Assembly (NCBI GenBank): GCA_036339975.1
Contig: JAYYZV010000020.1
Coordinates: forward strand, 10,430-74,429
From: Pseudomonadota bacterium
GTDB taxonomy: Bacteria > Pseudomonadota > Alphaproteobacteria > MPNO01 > UBA830
Length of the DNA stretch: 64,000 nt
Reading direction: 5' to 3'
Part shown: positions 8,655-19,013 of the stretch, piece after piece
Layout: each line of letters opens with the position of its first letter
Position numbering within the stretch: position 1 is the stretch's first letter
Position numbers and translations under genes: made by a program
The notes under the pieces: generated by a model
The model's input: the letters and a program-made list of their open reading frames with translations, nothing else
The model's database searches: none
Told to the model about the DNA's origin: nothing

Positions 8655-9329
8655 ATGCGGTGTCTATCGATTGTCCTTCTGGGTGCAATAGTGCTGTGGT
8701 TGTCGCCATCGCCCGTCGAGGCAGCCGCGATACCGCGCCAGATAAAATGGGAGGAACTTGCCCCGCAACCGACAGAGTCAATAGAGGACCCGCTCGAACA
8801 TCTTGATCCCTTCATCAAAGTTGAACTCTTCAATATCGCCTCGGCCCTCCGCCAAACGAAGAGCGGTTTAATGTCGCCGGTAAGCCAAGAATATGAAGCC
8901 GCCATGGAGGCTAGATATCGCCTTGAGCAACTAGGGGTTGAGGTTCAGGTCATCCTCAGACGGCTCGAGGCGGTCGAAACGGAAATACGACGACTGGGTG
9001 AACAGGTGATAAATTCACTGGACGGCCAGTTCGTCAAAATCCCGGGTTACGCTCTTCCTGTTGAATTTGACGGCGACGCCGTTCAGGAATTTTTTTTGGT
9101 GCCTTATGTTGGGGCCTGTATCCACGTACCACCTCCACCGCAGAATCAGATGATATTAGTGGAGCCTGCGGAACCCTTTTTGGTGGGAAGCCTTTTCGAG
9201 CCAGTCTGGATTGTTGGGCGGATTTCGGTCAAAGACACGAGAAGAACCCTGCCGGTATCAGATGGGGAAATTCCCGTCCGCGCAGGCTACCGAATTGAGG
9301 GTGCCAACGTCGAAGCTTACAGGGAGTAA
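8655..9329 (+). CDS. DUF3299 domain protein, secreted
   Basis: Signal-peptide-like N-terminus MRCLSIVLLGAIVLWLSPSPVEAAA. The hallmark EFFLVPYVGACIHVPPPPQNQMILV is present. I chose the ATG at 8655 rather than the 8625 ORF-track start. Confidence 0.75.
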   Translation: MRCLSIVLLGAIVLWLSPSPVEAAAIPRQIKWEELAPQPTESIEDPLEHLDPFIKVELFNIASALRQTKSGLMSPVSQEYEAAMEARYRLEQLGVEVQVILRRLEAVETEIRRLGEQVINSLDGQFVKIPGYALPVEFDGDAVQEFFLVPYVGACIHVPPPPQNQMILVEPAEPFLVGSLFEPVWIVGRISVKDTRRTLPVSDGEIPVRAGYRIEGANVEAYRE

Positions 9330-9368
9330 AGACTGATATTGCCAATAGTTCTACAATGTTGGACTGTT

Positions 9369-9380
9369 ATGTTATAACAT
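9369..9380. promoter_or_regulatory. Candidate Zur box (perfect palindrome ATGTTATAACAT)
   Basis: A perfect 12-bp palindrome lies 46 nt upstream of the ZrgA-like ATG at 9426. It matches the core of published proteobacterial Zur operators (..ATGTTATnnTATAACAT..). Confidence 0.55.
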
Positions 9381-9425
9381 GTGCGAAATAAAATTCGGGT
9401 AGGCGCAATTGGAGTTTGTTTTCCG

Positions 9426-10028
9426 ATGAAAAATTATCTTCGGAAGTTTCGGGCGAAGATCACGGTCTTTAGTCTTCTATTGATGGCGAGCGGTGCCCCG
9501 CCAGCCTATAGTGAGAATCGTGCCCATGATGCTCACCAGCACGGGGTCAGCAGACTCAATCTCGTGATTGAGGGTACACGTCTGGAGATGGAACTTGAGT
9601 CCCCTGGATCCGATATAATTGGCTTCGAGCATCCGCCTGCCAACAAAGCGGACCGGGCGGCTATTGCCAATGCTGTTCGCCTTCTGAAAGATAGCAGTAA
9701 ATTATTTGCCTTATCAGCCGCCGCTGAGTGTAGGCTGGCGTCGGCTGAAGTAGCGTCGCCGGCCGAAGCGCAAAAGAAAAAACACCATGTTCATGGACAC
9801 GGAAACCAAAAGAATGACCATCACGATGAAAATGCGAGAGGTGAGGAGCATTCCGATTTTTACGCGCATTATCGGTTTGCGTGTAACCACCCTAATAAAC
9901 TGACCCATATCGAAGTTAAATTCTTTGATGTATTTCCCCGCGCCAAGGAAATTGATGTCCGAGCAGTCACACCTCGTAATCAGTTCCGGAGGGAATTGAC
10001 AACCGGGAAATCGCGGCTAACTCTGTAG
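9426..10028 (+). CDS. zrgA: ZrgA-like (DUF2796) periplasmic metal-binding protein
   Basis: Signal peptide MKNYLRKFRAKITVFSLLLMASGAPPAYS. Motifs HQHGVSRLNLVIEGTRLEMELESPGSDIIGFEHPP, a His-rich loop KKKHHVHGHGNQKNDHHDE and HSDFYAHYRFAC are present. Confidence 0.7.
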   Translation: MKNYLRKFRAKITVFSLLLMASGAPPAYSENRAHDAHQHGVSRLNLVIEGTRLEMELESPGSDIIGFEHPPANKADRAAIANAVRLLKDSSKLFALSAAAECRLASAEVASPAEAQKKKHHVHGHGNQKNDHHDENARGEEHSDFYAHYRFACNHPNKLTHIEVKFFDVFPRAKEIDVRAVTPRNQFRRELTTGKSRLTL

Positions 10029-10059
10029 CGACCCCGTATCTTGGAGACGCTATTGATTA

Positions 10060-10770
10060 ATGGCATTGGCGGTAGATCTGTCAGGTATCGCTTACCGGTG
10101 GCACAAGACGCACCCGGTTGTGCTCAACATCGAGTCATTTTCCGTAACAACGGGAGAAAAACTTTTCGTTCGAGGCCCTAGCGGTAGCGGAAAAACGACA
10201 CTTCTTAATCTTCTGGGTGGCGTTGCAATACCTGAGCGGGGAAAACTCAAGGTTCTCGAGGCTCGCCTCGATCTGATGTCTGCCCGTAGTCGGGATTCCT
10301 TTCGTGCCGCCTGTATCGGTTTTGTTTTCCAGCAATTCAACCTCGTTCCCTATCTTTCGATAATCGATAACGTTCTTCTTCCCTGTCGGTTCTCGCCTCA
10401 ACGACTTTCCAGGGCGAAGGACCGTGGGGGAGACCTTGCGGCCGAGGCCCGCCTCCTGCTCGAACGTATGGGACTACAGGTCGGGGATTTCACCGGTCGC
10501 ATGGTCACCGATCTAAGTGTGGGACAGCAGCAACGGGTAGCGGCGGCAAGAGCCCTGTTTGGAAGTCCTGACCTGATCATCGCCGACGAGCCCACCTCAT
10601 CACTGGACGAGAACGCCCGACATGCCTTCCTCGATCTTTTGTTTGCCGAGACGGTAAAAGCCGGACAGACGCTCATTTTTGTTAGCCACGATGGCCGTCT
10701 GGCGGATGGGTTCGACCGGGTGGTCGACCTGCCAGACATAAACCGTGCTGCAACGAGTGACGAGCCATGA
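10060..10770 (+). CDS. ABC transporter ATP-binding protein (MacB/LolD-like; ZrgB-like)
   Basis: Walker A GPSGSGKTT, signature LSVGQQQRV, Walker B LIIADEPTSSLD. Confidence 0.9.
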   Translation: MALAVDLSGIAYRWHKTHPVVLNIESFSVTTGEKLFVRGPSGSGKTTLLNLLGGVAIPERGKLKVLEARLDLMSARSRDSFRAACIGFVFQQFNLVPYLSIIDNVLLPCRFSPQRLSRAKDRGGDLAAEARLLLERMGLQVGDFTGRMVTDLSVGQQQRVAAARALFGSPDLIIADEPTSSLDENARHAFLDLLFAETVKAGQTLIFVSHDGRLADGFDRVVDLPDINRAATSDEP

Positions 10771-12029
10771 CCCCGACCTTTCAACTCGCACTTAAAAGCC
10801 TCATTAGTCGTCGCCTGACCGTGGTGCTAACGGTGTTCGCGATCGCGGTCAGCGTATCGCTACTCTTGGGGGTCGAACGAATACGTACGGAGGTGCGCGC
10901 CAGTTTTGCAAATACTGTATCTGGAACTGACTTGATTATCGGTGCCCGCAGCGGATCGGTGCCGCTGCTGCTTTACACGGTCTTCAGGATTGGTAGTGCT
11001 ACAAACAACATTTCGTGGAGTAGCTACCGTGAAATAGCTGCGGATCCCAATGTGGCCTGGACTATCCCCATTTCCCTTGGCGATTCCCATCGCGGGTTCC
11101 GCGTGCTGGGCACCAGCGCCGCGTATTTCAGCCATTTGCGTTTTGCCCGAACCCGTCAGTTGGAATTCGATCACGGTAAGCCATTTGAGGATGTTTTTGA
11201 CGCAGTTCTGGGCGCAAATGTTGCCTCAAAACTTGGCTACACCGTTGGCGACAGAATCGTTATAGACCACGGTGTCGGCCAAATCGGCTTTGCCAGCCAC
11301 AAGGATAAGCCATTCCGCGTGTCCGGCGTCCTAGCGCGCACCGGTACGCCGGTGGACCAGACGGTCCATGTCAGTCTGGCCGGGATCGAGGCAATCCATG
11401 TTGATTGGCGGTCGGGCAGGCCGATTCCCGGTCTTAATATCGATGCCGATAGCATTCGCCAAATGAACCTTCAGCCAAAGGCTATCACCGCATTTTTTGT
11501 CGGACTCCAGTCCCGCTTCTCCACCTTTGATATGCAGCGGCGGGTAAATAACTTCACAAAGGAACCACTGCTCGCCATTTTACCGGGTGTTGCGTTGCAT
11601 GAACTCTGGTCGTTGATGGGGACAGCGGAAAGCGCTTTGACGGTGATTACGATATTCGTCGTAGCCGCCGGGATGGTTGGTATGATCACTATGTTGATTT
11701 CCACCCTGAATGAGCGTCGCCGCGAAATGGCGATACTGCGGTCCGTTGGTGCAAGACCATACCATATTTTTTTGCTCTTGATTCTCGAAGCGGTTTTCGT
11801 TTCCGCAATGGGCGCGGTACTTGGTGTTGCGATCTTTTTCGCTTGCATGCTTGTGGTCTTGCCAGTCATTGAAGCCCGCTATGGCCTTTTCATTGCTATC
11901 AATGCACTGTCGATAAACGAATGGATCTATCTGGGGTCTGTAGTCGCCGCCGGGATAGTTGCTGGAATTGTTCCGGCCATTATGGCGGTACGAAGGTCGC
12001 TGGCTGACGGAATGCTAGTCAGGAATTAA
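10767..12029 (+). CDS. ABC transporter permease, FtsX/MacB-type (ZrgC-like)
   Basis: 420-aa ORF with a 4-nt overlap with the ATPase gene. It has an N-terminal TM helix, a large periplasmic domain and C-terminal FtsX-like helices (MAILRSVGARPYHIF). Confidence 0.85.
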   Translation: MTPTFQLALKSLISRRLTVVLTVFAIAVSVSLLLGVERIRTEVRASFANTVSGTDLIIGARSGSVPLLLYTVFRIGSATNNISWSSYREIAADPNVAWTIPISLGDSHRGFRVLGTSAAYFSHLRFARTRQLEFDHGKPFEDVFDAVLGANVASKLGYTVGDRIVIDHGVGQIGFASHKDKPFRVSGVLARTGTPVDQTVHVSLAGIEAIHVDWRSGRPIPGLNIDADSIRQMNLQPKAITAFFVGLQSRFSTFDMQRRVNNFTKEPLLAILPGVALHELWSLMGTAESALTVITIFVVAAGMVGMITMLISTLNERRREMAILRSVGARPYHIFLLLILEAVFVSAMGAVLGVAIFFACMLVVLPVIEARYGLFIAINALSINEWIYLGSVVAAGIVAGIVPAIMAVRRSLADGMLVRN

Positions 12030-12074
12030 ATGAGGAAGACGATATGGCGGAATCAGAAAACAGATTGCCCGCTG

Positions 12075-12827
12075 TTACCACATCAACTGCCCGCCGTTGG
12101 GATGGATAATTTGTCCCGTCATGTATGACGATCGGTCGCTGAGCAGAAAATCCAATACGGCGGCGATCTCTTCTGGCTGTCCCAGCCGGCCCAACGGCAG
12201 ACTATCGGCGAGTGTGACGCGGGCCTGTTCGTATTCCTCTGGAGTACGGCCGGAGGTTAGGATTGGCGTGTCGATCGGTCCCGGGCCCAAAGCATTGACG
12301 CGGATGCCGCGCGGCGCGAACTCCAGAGCGATGGCCTTGGTCAGGGAATATATCGCTGACTTAGCAGCCATGTACGCAGCGGCGCCGGGGACGGCCATAA
12401 CGGCAAAATCTGAAGACATATTAACGATTGCTCCTTTACCATTATCGATCATATCGGGTAGGACGGCCTGACAACCAAGAAATGTGCCTTTCACATGGAT
12501 ATCGATCATTCGGTCCCAGTCTTTTTCCGGGATATTGCCGACAACGCCGCGAATAAAGACGCCGGCTGCGAAGAGAGCCTTTTGGACTGGACCGATTTCT
12601 GAGTCGATACGGGTTTTCATTGCGGCGACGGAGGTGCGTTTGCGGACGTCGACCTGAATTGCTGTGGCCGATCCTTTGTCTGCTTCGATTAACGCTACTG
12701 TCTCCGCCGCACCATCCTCGTTCCAGTCGGCAGCGATGACGTGCATATTATTCGCCATACGCAGAGCCGATGCGCGACCAATTCCGCTGCCGGCGCCGGT
12801 GATAAGGATATTTTGTTTTTCTCCCAT
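12075..12827 (-). CDS. SDR family oxidoreductase
   Basis: TGAGSGIGRA glycine motif and the YMAAKSA catalytic Y-x3-K. Confidence 0.85.
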   Translation of the reverse strand: MGEKQNILITGAGSGIGRASALRMANNMHVIAADWNEDGAAETVALIEADKGSATAIQVDVRKRTSVAAMKTRIDSEIGPVQKALFAAGVFIRGVVGNIPEKDWDRMIDIHVKGTFLGCQAVLPDMIDNGKGAIVNMSSDFAVMAVPGAAAYMAAKSAIYSLTKAIALEFAPRGIRVNALGPGPIDTPILTSGRTPEEYEQARVTLADSLPLGRLGQPEEIAAVLDFLLSDRSSYMTGQIIHPNGGQLMW

Positions 12828-13543
12828 CAGAATAGACCGGCCCCACCATTGACGCGGATATCCTGCCCGGTAATGAAGCTGGCATCATCACTTAACAGAA
12901 AATAAGCGGCTTCCACCATGTCTTCCGGTGTTCCGATACGGCCCATCGGTATATTATCGCCCTTGGCGAACAGATCGGCTTCTGTCATTACCCGCCGCGG
13001 CATCTCCGTATCTGCAATTCCCGGAGAAACCACGTTGGCGCGTATACCGGCGCGCGCGTGGTCAAGCGCCAGCGCCCGGCAAAGACCTAGCACCCCCCCC
13101 TTTGTGGCGGCATACGCCGCGCTGTTCAATGCCCCGCGGCGGGCGATAAGAGATGAAAACATCACGATACTACCTCGACCCTGTTTCAGCATCGCTGGAA
13201 GCACGGCTTGGCAGGCCAGCATAGTTCCCTTGAGGTTGATATTAAAATGATCGTCCCAGTCGCCTTCACTAAGGTCAAGAAACGGAGCTGTCCGGTATAT
13301 TGCTGCGCATGTGGCGAGCCCGGTAATTGCCTCTGATTCAACGATGGCGGCTTCTGTGGCCGCCGTCATAGCAGCGGGGTCGCGGATGTCCAGCTTATTG
13401 AAGGTGAGATTTTTGTTGCTGAAGCCTGCCAATTTTCCTTGGTCGATATCCCAAGCGGTAACCCGGTAGTTCTCTGACAGTAATTTCTGGGCCAGTCTAA
13501 AACCGATGCCGCTGCCTGCGCCTGTTACGATCATAGTTTCCAT
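12827..13543 (-). CDS. SDR family oxidoreductase
   Basis: VTGAGSGIG and YAATKGG motifs. Its stop overlaps the downstream SDR start by 1 nt. Confidence 0.85.
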   Translation of the reverse strand: METMIVTGAGSGIGFRLAQKLLSENYRVTAWDIDQGKLAGFSNKNLTFNKLDIRDPAAMTAATEAAIVESEAITGLATCAAIYRTAPFLDLSEGDWDDHFNINLKGTMLACQAVLPAMLKQGRGSIVMFSSLIARRGALNSAAYAATKGGVLGLCRALALDHARAGIRANVVSPGIADTEMPRRVMTEADLFAKGDNIPMGRIGTPEDMVEAAYFLLSDDASFITGQDIRVNGGAGLF

Positions 13544-13734
13544 ACCGGATTATCCTCATATCCGTAAATGAGACCGACTGGGAAAAGTTTACGCCTCGGC
13601 GTTACCACAAGTCGAATCTTGCCCTGAAGTAAAAAGTCTGACGATTCGGTCCGAAGGGGTTGAATCAAATGGTGGGGTGGATACATTGCGCCCGTCTCGC
13701 ATCGGAGAAGGTCTAACCGCCCGGACACCGCGAA

Positions 13735-15804
13735 ATGTCCGAAGCACCCGCTTGTATCCGTTGCAGAATTCCTTGGCCAAACCCGTCTGCGCGTTCTCGC
13801 GCCGGCCAGAATGAAGACAACGCCTTGCTAGAAGTAGAAAACGTCGATCACGCCCAACTCGCCAACGCCATTCGCGTACTGTCCATGGATGCGGTTCAGG
13901 CCGCGAATTCTGGCCATCCCGGCATGCCGATGGGCGCCGCCGACATGGCGACGGTCTTGTTTACGAATTACCTGAAATATGATCCGGTTGATCCCGAATG
14001 GCCCGACCGCGACCGCTTCGTGCTGTCCGCCGGACACGGGTCTATGCTCTTGTATTCGCTTCTTTACCTCACGGGTTATGACGATATAACCATCGACCAG
14101 ATAAAGAATTTTCGCCAATGGGGGTCCAAAACCGCGGGGCACCCTGAATACGGTGAAGCTGGTGGCATAGAGATGACCACTGGGCCACTCGGACAGGGAA
14201 TTTCCACAGCGGTCGGCATGGCCATCGCCGAGCGGTCAATGAATGCACGTTACGGCGACGATCTGGTAGACCACCGTACTTGGGTGATTGCATCAGACGG
14301 CGACCTGATGGAAGGTATCAGTCACGAGGCCGCATCCCTCGCCGGGCATATGAAGCTCGGCCGTCTGATAGTGCTTTACGACGACAATGAAATCTCTATC
14401 GATGGCGGCACCGAGATGTCGCTTTCGGACGACGCGCTTGGCCGATTCCATGCTTATGGTTGGCATACTCAGCGCTGCGACGGCCACGACGCAGATGCCA
14501 TTTCCGCCGGAATCGAGGCGGCGCTGGCCTCCGATCAGCCGTCAATAATCGCTTGTCGCACGACCATAGGATATGGTGCTCCTACCAAGGCCGGCACGGC
14601 TGGATCGCACGGCGCGCCGTTGGGCGATGAAGAGATTGCGGCGACGCGCAAAGCGCTGAGTTGGCCACATGATCCTTTCGTCGTGCCGAAAGAAGTCATT
14701 TTGGCTTGGCGCGGCGCAGGTGCCCGCAACGCAGCGGTGCGCGAGGACTGGTCCGCCCGTTTGATTAAATCGAAAAAACGCAGCGAATTTGAGCGCGCGG
14801 TCGCGGGCGATCTGCCGGCAGGCTGGAAACAGTCGGTCATCGCCGCCAAGAAAGAGTTCTCCGATGAGGCGCCCAAACTGGCTACGCGGGCATCATCGGG
14901 TAAAACGCTGGATCAGATTACACTGTCCGTTCCCGAAATGATCGGCGGCTCTGCCGACTTGACCGGTTCGAACAATACTAAGGCCGTTGGTTTCGAGGGC
15001 CTTCTGCCTCCCGACTATTCGGGTCGCTATTTGTATTACGGCGTCCGCGAACATGGTATGGCGGCCGCTATGAACGGAATGGCGCTACACGGCGGCGTGA
15101 TCCCGTATTCCGGCACTTTCCTGATCTTCTCGGATTATCTGCGTCCTTCGCTGAGGCTGGCCGCCCTGATGGGCGTGCGGTCGATCCATGTGCTAACCCA
15201 CGATTCCATCGGTCTCGGCGAGGATGGACCGACACATCAACCGGTCGAACATATGGCTGCTTTGAGAGCAATGCCGAATGTTAACGTTTTTCGTCCAGCC
15301 GATGCTGTTGAGGTTGTTGAATGTTGGCAACTCGCTCTTGAAAATAAGGACGGGCCTTCCGCACTGGCATTGACCCGCCAGGGGCTGCCGACGCTGCGTA
15401 CCCAGCACACAGACGAAAACCTGTCTGCAAAGGGGGCCTACGTTCTTGCCGAGGCGGACGGAGATCGCGTCGCTACTATCTTGGCGACTGGATCGGAAGT
15501 TGAAATTGCCATGGCGGCGAGGGATAGACTGCAGTCGGACGGCGTGCCGACTGCGGTGGTATCCATGCCTTGCTGGGAATTATTCGCTGCGCAGGACAGC
15601 GCTTATCGTGCCGCGGTGTTGGGTGCCGGCGTCCGGGTTGCAGTTGAAGCGGCTATAAAGTTTGGTTGGGAACGGTGGATTGGACCGGACGGCGGATTCG
15701 TCGGCATGAAAAGCTTTGGCGCGTCTGCGCCTGCCGGCACGCTCTACGAAAAATTTGGCATTACGGCGAACGCAGTGGCTGACGCGGTAAGGGAGCGACT
15801 TTAG
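13735..15804 (+). CDS. tkt: Transketolase
   Basis: [32 protein letters not shown] and GEDGPTHQP motifs. The true start may be the in-frame TTG at 13825, because the first ~30 residues look non-native. Confidence 0.95.
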   Translation: MSEAPACIRCRIPWPNPSARSRAGQNEDNALLEVENVDHAQLANAIRVLSMDAVQAANSGHPGMPMGAADMATVLFTNYLKYDPVDPEWPDRDRFVLSAGHGSMLLYSLLYLTGYDDITIDQIKNFRQWGSKTAGHPEYGEAGGIEMTTGPLGQGISTAVGMAIAERSMNARYGDDLVDHRTWVIASDGDLMEGISHEAASLAGHMKLGRLIVLYDDNEISIDGGTEMSLSDDALGRFHAYGWHTQRCDGHDADAISAGIEAALASDQPSIIACRTTIGYGAPTKAGTAGSHGAPLGDEEIAATRKALSWPHDPFVVPKEVILAWRGAGARNAAVREDWSARLIKSKKRSEFERAVAGDLPAGWKQSVIAAKKEFSDEAPKLATRASSGKTLDQITLSVPEMIGGSADLTGSNNTKAVGFEGLLPPDYSGRYLYYGVREHGMAAAMNGMALHGGVIPYSGTFLIFSDYLRPSLRLAALMGVRSIHVLTHDSIGLGEDGPTHQPVEHMAALRAMPNVNVFRPADAVEVVECWQLALENKDGPSALALTRQGLPTLRTQHTDENLSAKGAYVLAEADGDRVATILATGSEVEIAMAARDRLQSDGVPTAVVSMPCWELFAAQDSAYRAAVLGAGVRVAVEAAIKFGWERWIGPDGGFVGMKSFGASAPAGTLYEKFGITANAVADAVRERL

Positions 15805-15868
15805 AACGGCTCTTTTCGAACATAAACACGATGAAACGCAAACAGTTCAGTAATCGGAGGAATTAGGT

Positions 15869-16879
15869 ATGGCAGTTCGGGTTGCAATCAATGGCTTTGG
15901 CCGCATCGGGCGGCTGACGCTTCGCGCAGCGCTGGAATCCGGTCGTAAAGACTTGGAATTTGTGGCGATCAACGATCTAGGATCGACCGAAATGAACGCA
16001 CTGCTCTTACAACGCGATACAACGCATGGGCCGTTGTCGAACAAGGTGAAAGCCACCGCGACCGGCATTAATGCCGGAAGAGGGGTGATGAAGGTGTTTG
16101 CCGAGCGGGATCCCGAAAACCTGCCCTGGGACAAACTCGGTATCGACGTCGTGCTAGAATGCACAGGTCTCTTCACCAAACGCGAAATGGCAGAAAAACA
16201 TCTGAAAGCCGGCGCCAAGAAGGTGCTGATCTCCGCCCCAGGGTCCGGCGAAGACCTGACCGTTGTTTACGGCGTCAACGATCATAAGTTGCGCAAATCC
16301 CACACGGTCGTATCGAACGCATCATGTACTACCAACTGTCTGGCTCCGGTCGCTGCGGTCATGCACAAGGCCTTCGATATCCAACAAGGCTATATGACGA
16401 CGATCCACGCATATACTGGCGATCAGCGTATTCTCGATACGCTACACAGTGATCCGCGCCGTTCCCGCGCCGCCGGCCAGTCGATGATCCCGACTTCTAC
16501 AGGCGCGGCCAAGGCGGTGGGTTTGGTGCTGCCGGAATTGAATGGAAAGCTAGACGGCACGTCCATCCGCGTGCCGACGCCAAATGTGTCGGTGATCGAC
16601 TTCACCTTTATCCCAAAGAAAAAGACAACGGTTGAAGCGGTGAACGCCGCGGCGGTTAGGGCTTCCAACTCCAACCGCCTGAAGGGTATTCTCAATATCA
16701 ACGAAGCGCCCCTCGTGTCGTCCGACTTCAATCATAATCCGGCGTCGTCGACCTTCGACGTTACACAGACGCAAGTGGTCGATGGCAAGCTGGTTCGTGT
16801 TGTCAGCTGGTACGACAACGAATGGGGTTTCTCCAACCGCATGCTCGATACGTCCGCGGCCATGGGAAAAATGAAATAA
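15869..16879 (+). CDS. gap: Glyceraldehyde-3-phosphate dehydrogenase
   Basis: INGFGRIGR and SNASCTTNCLAP active-site motifs, with a GGAGG RBS upstream. Confidence 0.95.
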   Translation: MAVRVAINGFGRIGRLTLRAALESGRKDLEFVAINDLGSTEMNALLLQRDTTHGPLSNKVKATATGINAGRGVMKVFAERDPENLPWDKLGIDVVLECTGLFTKREMAEKHLKAGAKKVLISAPGSGEDLTVVYGVNDHKLRKSHTVVSNASCTTNCLAPVAAVMHKAFDIQQGYMTTIHAYTGDQRILDTLHSDPRRSRAAGQSMIPTSTGAAKAVGLVLPELNGKLDGTSIRVPTPNVSVIDFTFIPKKKTTVEAVNAAAVRASNSNRLKGILNINEAPLVSSDFNHNPASSTFDVTQTQVVDGKLVRVVSWYDNEWGFSNRMLDTSAAMGKMK

Positions 16880-16917
16880 CAGCGCGCCTCTATCATCATT
16901 GAGGTCACGAAAAAGAT

Positions 16918-16969
16918 CCTTCACCCTAAGGAGCCACGGCTGGGTTGTACGCAGGGTGAGGGTTTTTTT
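16918..16969 (+). terminator. Rho-independent terminator-like hairpin between gap and pgk
   Basis: A 10-bp stem (ccttcaccct / agggtgaggg, one G-U pair) with a 25-nt loop, followed directly by T7 (16963-16969). Confidence 0.6.
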
Positions 16970-16986
16970 ATAAGGACATAATACGG

Positions 16987-18174
16987 ATGTTCAAGACCAT
17001 CGACGACTACGAGGTTAGCGGCAAGAAAGTTTTGCTCCGCGCGGATTTAAACGTACCGATGCGTGACGGCAAGGTGATTGACGCTACCCGTCTCGAGAGG
17101 TTCGCGCCAACAGTCACAGAACTGAGCGACAAAGGTGCGATAGTGATCGTAGCTTCTCATTTTGGCCGCCCCAATGGCGAATGCAATCCGGAAATGTCCC
17201 TCGCACCGCTGGCCGGCATCCTGTCGAGTGCGTTGGGCGGTCGGAACGTCACCTTTGTTGATGATTGCATCGGTCCGGATGTGAAAAAAGTAATTGATGC
17301 GGCCAACGGAGGCGATGTCGTCCTGCTGGAAAACTTGCGCTATCACTCGGGCGAAGAGGCCAACGACCCGGTTTTCGCAAAACAGTTGTCTTCGCTTGCG
17401 GATCTGTACGTAAATGACGCGTTCTCCGCCGCGCATCGGGCGCATGCGTCCACGGCGACCCTCGCGGACCTGTTGCCCGCGGCGGCAGGACGTTTAATGC
17501 AAGCGGAACTAGAAGCGCTAGATTTGGCGCTCGGCAATCCCGAACGTCCGGTCGGTGCCATTGTTGGCGGCGCCAAGATTTCTACCAAGCTCGACCTGCT
17601 CGGTAACCTTGTCAAAAAAGTGGATATGCTGGCAATCGGCGGGGCGATGGCGAACACGTTTCTTCATGCCCTCGGTACAGATGTAGGCAAGTCTCTGTGC
17701 GAACACGAAATGGCTGGTACCGCATTGCAGATTCTCGCCGCCGCCGACGAGGCCGACTGTCAGATTGTTCTGCCGTTGGACGCGGCCGTTTCTGTCGAAT
17801 TGTCGGAAGGCGCACCCAGCCATGTTGTGCCGACCACTGCAATCCCAGACGATATGATGATGCTTGACGTAGGACCGGGCAGCGCGAACGCGCTGGCCGC
17901 AAAGTTAGGCGAGCTGAAAACGTTGGTCTGGAACGGCCCACTCGGCGCGTTCGAAATTCCACCCTTTGATGCGGGGACGGTTATGGTCGCCACAGTGGCG
18001 GCTGATCTTACCCGATCCGGATCTTTGAAAACCGTGGCGGGCGGCGGCGACACCGTGGCTGCATTGGTGGCGGCTGAAGTCCTCGACGAATTTTCTTATG
18101 TTTCAACCGCGGGCGGTGCTTTCCTTGAATGGCTGGAAGGTAAGGAGCTGCCCGGCGTCAAGGCACTTGGGTAA
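16987..18174 (+). CDS. pgk: Phosphoglycerate kinase
   Basis: [16 protein letters not shown] and GGGDT motifs in a 395-aa ORF. Confidence 0.95.
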   Translation: MFKTIDDYEVSGKKVLLRADLNVPMRDGKVIDATRLERFAPTVTELSDKGAIVIVASHFGRPNGECNPEMSLAPLAGILSSALGGRNVTFVDDCIGPDVKKVIDAANGGDVVLLENLRYHSGEEANDPVFAKQLSSLADLYVNDAFSAAHRAHASTATLADLLPAAAGRLMQAELEALDLALGNPERPVGAIVGGAKISTKLDLLGNLVKKVDMLAIGGAMANTFLHALGTDVGKSLCEHEMAGTALQILAAADEADCQIVLPLDAAVSVELSEGAPSHVVPTTAIPDDMMMLDVGPGSANALAAKLGELKTLVWNGPLGAFEIPPFDAGTVMVATVAADLTRSGSLKTVAGGGDTVAALVAAEVLDEFSYVSTAGGAFLEWLEGKELPGVKALG

Positions 18175-18176
18175 AT

Positions 18177-18962
18177 CTAAACCCGCGTTTTTTCGACGAT
18201 AAACTCCTTGATTTCATCTTCCGTCATGGCTCCGGGGAACATTTCTGCGCGCATCGCCACACGCTGGTTGCTGATATCTCGGATGGCGTCCTTCATGCGG
18301 GAAAGGTCGTCGCCAGACTTGATCAGCTCGACGCATATTTTTGCTTGTTCAGCGTAGTGATCTTTCTCATCGTCATAGATGATTTTCATCGCCTTGGACG
18401 TCATGTCGTTGACCGTGCTGCCGGATAGCTTAGCGCCTTCGCGGAACAGCCGCGCACCCCCACCCTCGGTAAAGCCTACGGCCGCCCGGGTGAGTTCGTC
18501 ATCGACGTAGCCACGGCGTAGATCGCCTAGCTTTTTTTCCTCAGATAGCTGCACGGTATCCTCGACGTCGATTTTCCGGCCCATCACATGCTCGAAAATA
18601 TCGGCCAGCATCACGTAGTGGTTGAATTCTTCCGTCAGCTGAGTCAGCAGAAAATGATATTCGTGTCGATCAATGGATTTATCGACCTCCGGAAACCGAT
18701 CGACGAGTGTCGTCAGTTCCCGATGCAGGCCGTTAAAGAAGCCATCCACCGGATTCAACTCTTTCCAGAGTTGTGCCTTCAGATAGAAGGCATGGTCCTC
18801 GTCGGTAGCATCTGAGTAGTAGCGCTTTGCGATTTCCCCCTCGCATTCCCAATAGGGCCACGCGACGTCCACCAGTGCTTTTTCGATATCGGCAGTCACA
18901 CCCGACCTCCAATTAACTAGTCCATCCCGTATTTTAGCAACCCTGTATCCGTTACACCACAT
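18177..18962 (-). CDS. Hypothetical helical protein with two E-x-x-H motifs (putative ferritin-like diiron protein)
   Basis: 261-aa ORF. EEFNH and DEKDH lie roughly 95 residues apart, each preceded by an acidic helix (DEDHAFYLK; TEGGGARLFREG). No family recognised. Confidence 0.35.
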   Translation of the reverse strand: MWCNGYRVAKIRDGLVNWRSGVTADIEKALVDVAWPYWECEGEIAKRYYSDATDEDHAFYLKAQLWKELNPVDGFFNGLHRELTTLVDRFPEVDKSIDRHEYHFLLTQLTEEFNHYVMLADIFEHVMGRKIDVEDTVQLSEEKKLGDLRRGYVDDELTRAAVGFTEGGGARLFREGAKLSGSTVNDMTSKAMKIIYDDEKDHYAEQAKICVELIKSGDDLSRMKDAIRDISNQRVAMRAEMFPGAMTEDEIKEFIVEKTRV

Positions 18963-19013
18963 TGCGGAGCTGGCCCGGATTGGCGATTATGCTGCTAAGG
19001 GAGTTTAAGAATT

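Noticed and set aside
13093-13100. A C8 homopolymer (G8 on the coding strand) inside the SDR gene, considered as a slippage or phase-variation tract.
   Set aside because: It encodes the conserved catalytic-region residues …ATKGGVLGL… in frame. A single 8-mer in GC-rich DNA is unremarkable, and there is no surface or contingency-gene context.
13735-13824. A 30-residue Cys/Arg/Pro-rich N-terminal extension on transketolase ([30 protein letters not shown]).
   Set aside because: It does not resemble transketolase N-termini, which begin shortly before the LANAIR…SMDAV motif. An in-frame TTG at 13825 is the more plausible start, so the extension is probably an ORF-calling artefact and not a novel domain.
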